Source: Nostoc sp. DedSLP01
GTDB taxonomy: Bacteria; Cyanobacteriota; Cyanobacteriia; Cyanobacteriales; Nostocaceae
Length of the DNA stretch: 55,665 nt
NCBI GenBank assembly: GCA_034530875.2
Contig: JAVRCJ020000043.1
Span: 1-55,665, forward strand
Reading direction: 5' to 3'
Shown one piece after another: positions 39,557 through 49,600 of the stretch (positions are counted from its first letter, which is position 1; the number at the start of each line of letters is the position of its first letter). The notes beneath the pieces are model-generated. The model worked only from the letters and a program-made list of their open reading frames with translations. It searched no databases and was not told where the DNA came from. The position numbers and the translations under genes were made by a program.

Positions 39557-40951
39557 TTATATTTCTCCACCAACGACTACATCCCGAATTCGTAGACTCG
39601 GGCCGCCACAACCCACTGATAAGCCGTTTTGGCCTCCTTTACCACAACCGCCAGATTCGTCCCAATAAAAGTCATCGCCAATTGCTTCAATATCGGCTAA
39701 AGTCTGAAATACATTTCCTGAGAGTGTCACATCCCGCACAGGTTCGGCGATTTTGCCGTTTCTAATCATCCAGGCTTCCCCAGCGCTGAAGGTGAACATT
39801 TCGCCGTTGGTCATTCCACCCAACCAATTGCGGGCATAGACTCCTTCTTTAATATCAGTGAATAAGTCTTGGACTGGTGTTTTACCCCGTTCGATCCAGG
39901 TATTTGTCATCCGTACAATGGGGGTGAAGTGATAGTTAAGACAGCGGGCATTACCTGTAGGCGTTTCGTCTAATTTGCCTGCGGTTTCACGAGAATGCAA
40001 GCGTCCAACTAAAACTCCATCTTTAATTAATTGAGTAGTTGTGGCGGGGGTACCTTCGTCGTCGTAAAAATAGCTACCGCGATGTCCTTGGGGGGCAGCA
40101 CCATCAAAAATTTGCAGTTCTTTCGGGCCGAACCGCCGCCCAATGGTCATGACTTCTAGTAAATCGGGGTTTTCATAAGCCATATCGGCTTCTGAAAGGT
40201 GACCGAAGGCTTCGTGGACAAATAAACCAGTGAGAACTGGGTCAATGACTACGGTGTAGGTATTGCCTTTAACTGGTGGCAAAGATAAAGCTGCGATCGC
40301 TCTTTTGGCTGCATTTTGTACTTGTTCGTCCAAATTAATTAAATCTTCGTAGGCTTTGCGAGAACCGGTGGTTTCTCTACCAGTTTGTACCGTTTCGCCA
40401 TTTTTGGCGGTAGCGGCAAAGCGCATTTCCATATCCACCCAAGATTGATCGATGAAAGTCCCTTCAGAAGTTGCAACGATCGCTCTTTGGGCGCTGTCTC
40501 CATAACGCACCGAGGTAGTGGTAATGCGGGGGTCAACGCTTTTGAGCAATTCTGTGTAGCGATCGCATAATTCTTTTTTCTCCGACAGGGAGATTTTTCG
40601 CGGATCGGTGCCCGCCAGAGGCAATTTGCATACTACTTGCACTGGGTCAATAGGTGCAAGTATAGTTTCTTCATCGCCAACCATCCGCGCCGCCGCGATC
40701 GCTTCTTCGATACGATCCTTAATGGTGGAAAGTTGGTTAAAGCAACTCAACCCCCATCCACCTTTATAACAAGCGCGAATATGTCCGCCAATTGAGATGC
40801 CTTCACTGAGGGTTTCTACCTTGTCGCCACGCAACAAGATATCAGTCCCTTCTGCTTCTTCAAGGCGAATCATCAGATAATCAACACGTTCTGAGTAACG
40901 GGCAATGAGGTCAGAAAGTAAATTTTGTGCGTCAGCAAGTGTAGTCGGCAT
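39557..40951 (-). CDS. tldD: TldD/PmbA family metalloprotease, catalytic TldD type
   Basis: HEAFGH.SE metal motif, YFYDDEG, GNAR, RMTNT, CGKGGQ, GGP. Confidence 0.9.
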   Translation of the reverse strand: MPTTLADAQNLLSDLIARYSERVDYLMIRLEEAEGTDILLRGDKVETLSEGISIGGHIRACYKGGWGLSCFNQLSTIKDRIEEAIAAARMVGDEETILAPIDPVQVVCKLPLAGTDPRKISLSEKKELCDRYTELLKSVDPRITTTSVRYGDSAQRAIVATSEGTFIDQSWVDMEMRFAATAKNGETVQTGRETTGSRKAYEDLINLDEQVQNAAKRAIAALSLPPVKGNTYTVVIDPVLTGLFVHEAFGHLSEADMAYENPDLLEVMTIGRRFGPKELQIFDGAAPQGHRGSYFYDDEGTPATTTQLIKDGVLVGRLHSRETAGKLDETPTGNARCLNYHFTPIVRMTNTWIERGKTPVQDLFTDIKEGVYARNWLGGMTNGEMFTFSAGEAWMIRNGKIAEPVRDVTLSGNVFQTLADIEAIGDDFYWDESGGCGKGGQNGLSVGCGGPSLRIRDVVVGGEI

Positions 40952-41008
40952 TTCCAGGTAATAATAATGACGAACTGCATTTATTTTGCAATTATTTGGG
41001 GACTTCTG

Positions 41009-41476
41009 CTACTGGGCTTCATCCTCTGCAACTTCACAATCGGCAAGCAATTCATCCATACTCTCTGGAAATGTTCCTCGTTCAATCATCTTAGTAAACA
41101 CCTGATAGCAGTCATTTTTTCCACCCTCTTTACGTGGAAACCCTAACCATAAAATTACAATTGCTTTCAATTGTTCTGTATCAAACGCCCGAAAAAATAG
41201 CCGATACCGTTCTGGTAAACCCATCTTTTTTACCCGTCCATAACGTTTTAATGCCCCTGTCAAAGCAAAATGACTCGCAAACGGATCGGACGGAATCTTT
41301 GTTTCAATTGCGACAGTAATTGCTGCAAATAATTTTACTGTTGCATGGGTTTTATACACAGCCTCTGGTAACTGTTCTTGTAAACGACAAACACGCTCAA
41401 ATAATTCTTGATACTGTCTGCCAAATAATTGCGGGTGAAAGTAAACTTCCCAACCATTACTGTTAAACTTCGCCAT
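41009..41476 (-). CDS. yhaV: Type II toxin, YhaV family (RelE-like RNase)
   Basis: NGW.VYFHP.F, HATVKLFAAI, IPSDP, RYRLFFR, IVILW, YQVF.KM...G.FP pattern. Confidence 0.8.
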   Translation of the reverse strand: MAKFNSNGWEVYFHPQLFGRQYQELFERVCRLQEQLPEAVYKTHATVKLFAAITVAIETKIPSDPFASHFALTGALKRYGRVKKMGLPERYRLFFRAFDTEQLKAIVILWLGFPRKEGGKNDCYQVFTKMIERGTFPESMDELLADCEVAEDEAQ

Positions 41477-41804
41477 CTTCTAATGACTCATCGTTTAATT
41501 CTATACCTGCAATCAATTTGCGAGCCGCCTCAGACATTTCATTTGTATAAGGTTGGAGTGTATTATTTTTTAGGGCTTGTGTCATCGCAAAATCGAGAAA
41601 TAGAGTCATTAGTACCGAATCTTCTGTATCTTCTGCATCGCCGCATTGAGGCACAATCCGCAAAATTGCAGTATCCGGTGATAATACTTCTATCCAACCA
41701 TCTGCATTGGCAAACTGAGGATGTTCTCGATAAAACTCAGCTGGTAGTCTAAAGCCTGCACTGTTACCAATTTTGGTACTACGAATGTTGTAAGAGTTGC
41801 TCAT
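41463..41804 (-). CDS. Antitoxin, AbrB/MazE/PrlF-like
   Basis: KIGNSAGFRLP swapped-hairpin motif, acidic C-terminus, FLDF. Overlaps the toxin start. Confidence 0.75.
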   Translation of the reverse strand: MSNSYNIRSTKIGNSAGFRLPAEFYREHPQFANADGWIEVLSPDTAILRIVPQCGDAEDTEDSVLMTLFLDFAMTQALKNNTLQPYTNEMSEAARKLIAGIELNDESLEDGEV

Positions 41805-41809
41805 CTTTC

Positions 41810-41834
41810 ATGTATGTACGTGCCGTACTTACAT
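41810..41834. promoter_or_regulatory. Candidate TA autoregulatory operator
   Basis: ATGTATGTACG-TGC-CGTACTTACAT inverted repeat (10/11) immediately upstream of the antitoxin ATG. Confidence 0.6.
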
Positions 41835-42383
41835 ATTAGCAATGCTTTTGCTAACGCATTGAATCGCCATTTTTTCAGCTTTTAATTTTTGTAGTTTCTC
41901 TACAACTTGGTTGGGGTTTCGGCGTTGTTCTTCTCTGATGCGTTCACGAAGTGACTCTGAAAGAGTATCGCCCACTCTAGCCAATCCGTCATGTAAGCAT
42001 CTATCGCTTGTTTATTATGCAATCATTGTTGGTTCGAGTGACTAAAGACAAAGAATGCTCAAGGGCGGATCGCACCTGAATTCAAATAGCATAGAACAAG
42101 ACAACCACAAAGCCACACTATGACTTCACAATTTGAAGCTGCGATCGCATTCTTCTTCTGTAGCGATAACTTTAGGTTGAAACTCTACCAAAAGTTGATT
42201 ATTAAATGCATTAGCCATAATCCTTTCGTTCGTTCAGTGGTCTAGCGCCATTGGAGGATTTGCGGTCGTTATCATAGACAACTTGTATAATAGCTTACTT
42301 ACTAATTGTCAAGTTGATTTTTTGGTCTTCATCTCATCTTCTATAATTGATAAAATCTGCTCAATTAATTTAGGCATGAGACT

Positions 42384-45260
42384 GTGACCGAATCAGGAAA
42401 CTACAAAGATACTGTAAACCTACCCAAGACTAACTTTGAGATGCGGGCAAACGCTATCAAGCGGGAGCCGGAAATCCAAAAATTTTGGGAAGATAATAAA
42501 ATTTACGATCGCCTCTCTCAAGAAAACCCAGGCGAATTATTTATACTGCACGATGGGCCGCCCTACGCTAACGGCTCGCTTCATGTTGGTCATGCCTTAA
42601 ATAAAATTCTTAAAGATATTATTAATCGCTATCAACTGTTAAAAGGGCGTAAAGTTCGCTACGTCCCTGGTTGGGATTGTCACGGATTGCCCATTGAGTT
42701 AAAAGTTCTGCAAAACATGAAGTCAGCGGAACGGCAAAATTTAACGTCTTTGCAATTGAGACAAAAAGCTAAAGAATATGCTCTAAATACGGTAAACGAA
42801 CAGCGCCAAGGTTTTAAAAGCTACGGTATTTGGGGTGATTGGGAACATCCTTATCTAACGCTGAAGCCGGAATATGAAGCGGCGCAAATTGGCGTGTTTG
42901 GTCAGATGTTTTTAAAAGGGTATATCTATCGCGGTTTGAAGCCCGTTCATTGGAGTCCTAGTTCTAAAACTGCTTTGGCGGAGGCTGAGTTGGAATATCC
43001 GGAAGGTCATACTTCGCGGAGTATTTATGCGGCTTTCCCTGTTATCAGTCTTGGGGAAGGGGCGAAATCGCTGCTGGGTGAATATTTGCCGGATTTGGGT
43101 GTGGCTGTATGGACGACTACGCCTTGGACGATTCCGGGGAATTTGGCGGTGGCGGTGAATGGGGAGTTGGATTATGCGGTGGTGTCACGCCCAGACGCGG
43201 AGGCGCAGAGAGGTTTTAAATACTTGATTGTGGCGGCGGAGTTGGTGGAGAGGTTGGCTGCGACGTTGGGTGTTGAGTTGACGGTGAAGGCGACGGTTAA
43301 GGGGAGGGATTTGGAACATAGTAGTTATCGTCATCCTTTGTTTGACCGGGAAAGTCCGGTGGTTGTGGGTGGGGATTATATTACTACTGAGTCGGGTACT
43401 GGGTTGGTACATACTGCTCCCGGTCACGGTCAAGAAGATTACATTGTTGGTCAGCGTTATGGTTTGCCGATTCTTGCACCTGTGGATGATAACGGGAATT
43501 TTACCCAGGAAGCGGGAGAGTTTGCTGGGTTGAATGTGCTGGGTGATGGAAATCAGGCGGTGATTGATGCTTTGGCGGCTGCTGGTTCTTTGTTGAAGGA
43601 AGAACCTTATCAACATAAGTATCCTTATGATTGGCGGACGAAAAAGCCAACGATTTTCCGCGCTACCGAACAATGGTTCGCTTCGGTGGAGGGATTTAGA
43701 GAAGAAGCATTAAAGGCGATCGCCACTGTAAAATGGATTCCAGCCCAAGGCGAAAATCGCATCACGCCGATGGTAGCGGAACGTTCTGATTGGTGTATCT
43801 CCCGTCAGCGTGCTTGGGGCGTACCGATTCCTGTTTTCTACGATGAAGCTACGGGAGAACCGTTGCTGAACGAAGAAACTATCAACCACGTGCAAGCAAT
43901 TATCGCTGAGAAAGGTTCTGATGCTTGGTGGGAACTTCCAGTTGAAGAGTTATTGCCTGAATCATATCGCCAAGATAGCAAGTCTTACCGCAGAGGTACA
44001 GACACAATGGATGTCTGGTTTGATTCCGGTTCATCTTGGGCATCTGTGGCGAAACAGCGTTCAGAGTTACGCTACCCCGCAGATATCTACTTGGAAGGTT
44101 CCGACCAACATCGCGGCTGGTTCCAGTCAAGTTTGCTTACTAGCGTAGCGGTGAATGACTGTGCGCCTTACAAAACTGTGTTGACTCACGGCTTTACTTT
44201 GGACGAACAAGGCCGGAAAATGAGTAAGTCTGAAGGCAATGTGGTTGACCCCAATACAATCATTCAAGGCGGGAAAAATCAAAAAGTAGAACCGCCTTAC
44301 GGTGCAGATGTTTTGAGATTGTGGGTATCGTCGGTAGACTACTCTAGCGATGTGCGCATTGGGAAAAACATCATCAAACAACTCAATGATGTTAGAGGTA
44401 AGATTCGGAATACAGCCCGGTTTTTGTTGGGTAGCCTCGATGATTTCGACCCAGAAAAAGATGCTGTACCTTTCGAGGAATTACCAGAACTCGACCGCTA
44501 TATGCTGCACCGCATCTTAGAAGTGTTTGAAGAAGTGACAGCAGCTTTTGATAGCTTCCAATTCTTCCGCTTCTTCCAAACAGTGCAGAATTTCTGCGTG
44601 GTGGATTTATCCAACTTTTATTTAGACGTTGCCAAAGATAGACTGTACATCAGTGCTACTAATTCTTTCCGGCGTCGCAGTTGTCAAACAGTGCTAAAGA
44701 TTGCTTTAGAGAATTTAGCACGAGCGATCGCTCCAGTACTATGTCATACTGCCGAGGATATCTGGCAATTTCTCCCTTACAAAACACCTTACAAATCAGT
44801 GTTTGAAGCCGGTTGGCTGCAAGTGGATGAAAAATGGCGCAATGCAGAATTAGCCAAAAATTGGGAAGTACTGCGAAAACTCCGCACAGATGTCAACAAG
44901 GTATTAGAACAAGCCAGAATCGAAAAACTGATTGGTTCTTCCTTAGAGGCGAAAGCTTTAATTCATATCCCTGACAAACAGTTAGCGGATGCAATCAAAG
45001 CCTTTAACCCAGCTAAAGGTAACGGTGTTGACGAACTGCGGTATTTATTGCTGACTTCCCAAGTGGAATTATTAGATTCAGCTGAACCACTGCAAGGATT
45101 AAAATACACAGCGCAAACCGAAGACTGGGTAATTGGTGTAGCCAATGCTGACGGTGAAAAATGCGATCGCTGTTGGAACTACTCCATCCACGTGGGAGAA
45201 TCAAAAGAACATCCGCTAATTTGCGAACGCTGTGTTGCAGCCCTAGCTGGAGAGTTCTAA
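42384..45260 (+). CDS. ileS: Isoleucyl-tRNA synthetase (type 1)
   Basis: HDGPPYANG.LHVGH, GWDCHGLP, WTTTPWT, GTGLVH, WCISRQR.WG, EGSDQHRGWF, KMSKS, C-terminal CDRC...CERC zinc finger. Confidence 0.98.
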   Translation: MTESGNYKDTVNLPKTNFEMRANAIKREPEIQKFWEDNKIYDRLSQENPGELFILHDGPPYANGSLHVGHALNKILKDIINRYQLLKGRKVRYVPGWDCHGLPIELKVLQNMKSAERQNLTSLQLRQKAKEYALNTVNEQRQGFKSYGIWGDWEHPYLTLKPEYEAAQIGVFGQMFLKGYIYRGLKPVHWSPSSKTALAEAELEYPEGHTSRSIYAAFPVISLGEGAKSLLGEYLPDLGVAVWTTTPWTIPGNLAVAVNGELDYAVVSRPDAEAQRGFKYLIVAAELVERLAATLGVELTVKATVKGRDLEHSSYRHPLFDRESPVVVGGDYITTESGTGLVHTAPGHGQEDYIVGQRYGLPILAPVDDNGNFTQEAGEFAGLNVLGDGNQAVIDALAAAGSLLKEEPYQHKYPYDWRTKKPTIFRATEQWFASVEGFREEALKAIATVKWIPAQGENRITPMVAERSDWCISRQRAWGVPIPVFYDEATGEPLLNEETINHVQAIIAEKGSDAWWELPVEELLPESYRQDSKSYRRGTDTMDVWFDSGSSWASVAKQRSELRYPADIYLEGSDQHRGWFQSSLLTSVAVNDCAPYKTVLTHGFTLDEQGRKMSKSEGNVVDPNTIIQGGKNQKVEPPYGADVLRLWVSSVDYSSDVRIGKNIIKQLNDVRGKIRNTARFLLGSLDDFDPEKDAVPFEELPELDRYMLHRILEVFEEVTAAFDSFQFFRFFQTVQNFCVVDLSNFYLDVAKDRLYISATNSFRRRSCQTVLKIALENLARAIAPVLCHTAEDIWQFLPYKTPYKSVFEAGWLQVDEKWRNAELAKNWEVLRKLRTDVNKVLEQARIEKLIGSSLEAKALIHIPDKQLADAIKAFNPAKGNGVDELRYLLLTSQVELLDSAEPLQGLKYTAQTEDWVIGVANADGEKCDRCWNYSIHVGESKEHPLICERCVAALAGEF

Positions 45261-45307
45261 CACAATAAATTCGTAATTCGTAATCGGCTTCTCTACGAGA
45301 CGTTCTT

Positions 45308-45391
45308 ACCCCCCTTAATCCCCCCTTGTAAAGGGGGGAAATAAGAATCTAGTTCCCTCCCCTTTACAAGGGGAGGGTTAGGGAGGGGTAA
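45308..45391. repeat. REP-like double-hairpin repeat between convergent genes
   Basis: ACCCCCCTTAATCCCCCCTTGTAAAGGGGGGAAA...CCCTCCCCTTTACAAGGGGAGGGTTAGGG, nearly identical to 39357-39441 inside the MITE. Confidence 0.8.
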
Positions 45392-45394
45392 AAA

Positions 45395-45781
45395 TTACGA
45401 ATTAATTTGGTTGGGTTTTTGCTCTGAATTTTTCAAACGCGTTGCTTTGCTTTTGCGGATGCGATCGCTTTTACGAACAGCACCCGCCATTTCATATTCA
45501 AGGCTGTCTTTGCCGTATTTGAAAGCGACACCAATCAGCATTTTCTCAATCAGATCGTTTAAAACTTTCTCAAATTGATCCATCTTACCCGCAGAAGAGT
45601 CAATCGTGGTGAGAGCAGTATTGTAAGTATCTATCTCATCACGATACTGCTGAATTATTTCTGTAATATTTTGCAAGCTGCGATTTTCACCAAAATCCAT
45701 ACTGGGATCGATCGCTTTGAGTCCTGATACTCTCAATTCAGCTCTTTCCAGAACCCGGTATGTACGTTTTTGACGAGCCAT
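45395..45781 (-). CDS. Hypothetical protein (basic termini, central coiled coil)
   Basis: 128-aa ORF with AGGAA RBS. The MARQKR...LE.AELR..GLKAID...DFG...KYGKDS.EYEMAG.VRKS pattern resembles a recurrent cyanobacterial hypothetical family. Confidence 0.75.
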   Translation of the reverse strand: MARQKRTYRVLERAELRVSGLKAIDPSMDFGENRSLQNITEIIQQYRDEIDTYNTALTTIDSSAGKMDQFEKVLNDLIEKMLIGVAFKYGKDSLEYEMAGAVRKSDRIRKSKATRLKNSEQKPNQINS

Positions 45782-45882
45782 AAATGTATTCCTTTCATCT
45801 GCTTTAGAGCTAGTTTGGCTTACTAAAGCTGAATCTTAGTTCAGTAAAGTTATCAAAAATTTGTATGAAATACAACTAAAAC

Positions 45883-46048
45883 ATCTGTAATTAACGCAAA
45901 AATTATGTGTTTGTCAATGAAATTCGTGAGTTTGTCAATAAAAAGATCTGTAATTAACGCAAAAATTATGTGTTTGTCAATGAAACTCGCGAGTTTGTTA
46001 ATGAAACTCATGAGTTTGTCAATGAAACTCGCGGTTTTGTTAATGAAA
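45883..46048. repeat. 21-bp-period tandem repeat array with internal palindromes
   Basis: A 40-bp direct repeat 63 bp apart (45883, 45946), then units AATGAAACTCGCGAGTTTGTT, AATGAAACTCATGAGTTTGTC, AATGAAACTCGCGGTTTTGTT. Confidence 0.85.
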
Positions 46049-46143
46049 AGTGTGGTTCAAATAGGTGAAAAACGCTGTAAGCCTGCTTTGCTTATGTTAG
46101 CGCAATGAAGCATAGCTCATTCTAACACGTGAATTCTAACTCC

Positions 46144-46191
46144 TGAATTCTGACTCCTGTTAGCGTAGCGGGGCGTAGCCCATTCTGAATT
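46144..46191. repeat. SDR-type small dispersed repeat
   Basis: Reverse complement identical to 29417-29464. Confidence 0.8.
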
Positions 46192-46630
46192 CTGCTCTAT
46201 ATCACAACCTGTTAGCTTAGATAACGTGATTTAAGAGCTTGTTAGCCTTGTTCTCATCTTACGATCGCTACCGAAGATATATAGCCTCAATCAAAAGTAT
46301 AAAAATATATTTCAAAGAATAGTCTGATTAGTAGATGTTACCTTTAAACGCTAATTGTAAATTAAAGATATATTATTTAATACTTCCCAAAGGAGTTTTT
46401 TATGTTGTTGTTTGCCACTTTAATTACTACTTACGCTGTTCTATCGACATTCTTTATTGCTCATATTGAATAACCGTTTAGTCTTGGACTATGGTGTAAT
46501 ACAGTTCACTTAAGGTTTTTTTCGTCCCCAGCCTTCCACATCTGCGTTAACAGATAAATTCTTTAACTGAACTGTATTGAACTATGGCAAGAAAGGAGAA
46601 ACTTTTACTTGGGATAAATTAGCTCTGAAA

Positions 46631-49600
46631 CTATCTTACTTTTTTCACTAATTCTAGAATAGTTGTTATTAGTTCTTGTGGTTCCACAGGCTTGGAAATA
46701 TGCCACTGGAATCCTGCTTTAATTGCCTGCTTTTGATTCATTTCGCCGGCATAAGCAGTGAGAGCGATCGCTATTATATTCCCTCCCTGTTCTGGTGGCA
46801 GATTTCTCACCTGCTCGATTAACATATAGCCATCAATTTGGGGCATTCCAATATCACTTAATAATATATCTGGATGAAAATTTTCTAAAACTTTGAGCGC
46901 TTCAGTTGCAGAATCTGCCATTACCACGTCTGCGCCTTCTTGTTCTAATACGAATGCTACAAATTCGCGGCTATCAGCATCATCATCTACTAGTAAAACC
47001 TTAATGCCATTTAAGTCTAATACTTCCTCCATTTGTCTACCATCCCGATTAATTTGCTCTTGAATTAGCATTAGTGGTAGCCTCACCGTAAAGGTGGCTC
47101 CTAGTCCTTCTCCTAAGCTCTGTGCCGAAACAGTGCCACCATGTAACTCTACTAAATGGCGTACAATTGCCAATCCCAAACCTAAACCACCAAACTTTCT
47201 AGTTGTGGTACTATCTGCTTGCCGGAAGTAATCAAATACGAATGGGAGAAACTCGGGAGAAATACCTTTACCATTATCAGTAACTGTAATTTGAGTTAAC
47301 CCTTTACTGCGTTCTAATCTAATTTCTATCTTCCCTCCTGACGGTGTAAATTTGATCGCGTTCGACAGCAAATTCCAAACAACTTGTTGTAAACGACTGG
47401 GGTCGCCTGCTACTTGCCCCACATTCGCTGGCAAAATCGTCTGTATTGTAATTAACTTAGCCTGAGCTGCCAGTCGTACCGTTTCTATGGCACCGTTAAT
47501 TACCGATGTCAAATCCACAGGAGTAACATTGAGATTCAGCTTACCTTGGAGAATCCGCGATACATCTAATAAATCTTCAATCAGTTGAGCTTGTAACTTG
47601 GCATTACGCTCGATGGTTTTTAAAGCTTCGGTCGTCTTTACTGCGTCTAGCTTTTGGGATTGCAGTAAGCGCGACCATCCCAAAATTGGGTTGAGGGGTG
47701 TACGCAACTCGTGGGACAACACTGCTAAAAATTCGTCTTTAATGCGGTTTGCAGTTTCGGCTTGTTCCCGTGCGGCTTGTTCTTGTTGCAGCAAGTGAAT
47801 ACGCTGTTGTTCGAGTTGTTTTTGGTCTTCGATATCCGTTGCCGTACCAAACCATTTGATTACCTGACCCTGTTCGTTTTTTAACGGCACGGCTTGATGT
47901 AAATGCCAGCGATACACGCCATCTGCTCGGCGCATTCTTCCTTGTGCTTGATAGTAACTACCATTGTGTTGAGCCTTTGCCCAATTTTCACCCATTTGAG
48001 GCGCATCATCAGGATGCACAATTGCCTGCCAGCCTTGAGTTTGCGCTTGTGTCAGCGTTAACCCAGTGAAATTACACCAGCGTTGATTGACATCAATTAG
48101 CACTCCCTGGGTATCGGCTGTCCAAACTAATTGGGGAATTGATTCTGCTAAATACCGATAGCGTTCTTCGCTCTCAAGGATGGCTGCTTCTGAAAGTTTG
48201 CGATCGGTAATATCTAGCAATGTGCCAAAAAAGTCAATTGTTTGCCTAGACTCACCCTCTCCTTGAAATACAGCTTGTCCTTTGGCTAAAACCCACCTTT
48301 CGCTGCCATCGTCCCAGATAATTCGGTACTCAATTTCGTACATTCCTGATGAGTGTGGAGCGATCGCTTCATTCACAGCATTTGTCACCCTCCCTCGGTC
48401 ATCTGGGTGCATCCGTTCTATTACCCTTGGTAAAGGAATCATTACCCCATCATCCGGTTCCCCCCAAATTTCCCGCATTCGCTCGTCCATTTCCACAAGA
48501 TTGCTATCTACGTGCAGCCGCCACGCTCCTAACTTAGCTACCTGAATCGCTAAACGCGCCCATTCCTCACTTTGGCGCAATGCTTGTTCTGCTTGCTGCT
48601 GCTGCGTGATGTCTTGAAAAATCAGCAAAATTGACTGGAAATGATTGTGTTCGTCGTAGAGTGGCGCTGCCGAAATACTGACCATAACCGTTGAACCATC
48701 GCGCTTGCAACGGTAGGTTTCTACACCAGCAAACATTTCTGCTTTGGCGATCGCTTCTCGGACTTGGCGACATTCGTCGCGTTTCTCTTCAGGAACTATG
48801 GGAATTGGTTGACCTAAAACTTCGGCTGCACTCCAGCCAAACAATTTCTCTGCTGCCGAATTCCAAAGTTGCACTGTCATGTTTGGTTCGATGACCACAA
48901 TTGGCAACGGCGAAGCTTGGACAACCGTAATCAAAGCTTGTAGAGTCTGTTGTAGTTCTCGTTGGGCGCGTTTGCGTAAGCGCAGCTCGTCGTAGACATG
49001 GCTGATATCCGCCATTGCTCCTACCACGCGCACGGGATTACCTGCCGAGTCTCGAATGATATAGGCGCGATCTATAACATCAGCATAGCAATTATCGGCT
49101 CGGCAAAAGCGATATTCTTCTGTCCACACAGTTACGTCACTATTGAGGCTGGTTTGGTAACTCGTGTGGACTCGTGCAATATCTTCTGGATGCACGCGCT
49201 CAAACCAACCCGACCTATTGTAGTGTAATTGTTCTGGTTGATACCCAAACACAATTTGCAATCGCTCGCTCCACCACATCTGGTTTGTGGGGAGATGGCA
49301 ATCCCAGATGACATCATTAGTGGCTTTGGCAATCAGTTGAAATCGTTCTTCGCTTTTTTGCAGATCGGCTTCAGCTCGCTTGCGATTGGTAATATCTAAG
49401 GCAATCCCTGTCATGCGTATGGGCTGATTATTGTCATCATAAAACGTTTGCCCAATAGCCGTTAGCCATCGTTCTCCTTGGGTGGGGTGGCAGATGCGGA
49501 ATTCAACATTGATATCGATTTGATGCTCTAGTGCTTGACGCACTGTTCGGTCGGTGCGATCGCGGTCTTCCTCGATAATTGAAAACAGCCAATTTTGATA

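Noticed and set aside
41840..42170. Possible gene between the TA pair and ileS
   Set aside because: Coding-like stretches are interrupted by stops and I cannot assign a family.
45883..46108. Possible CRISPR array, or the 67-aa ORF 45905-46108
   Set aside because: Units are contiguous with no unique spacers and there are no cas genes. The ORF is just the repeat translated (MKL.SL.).
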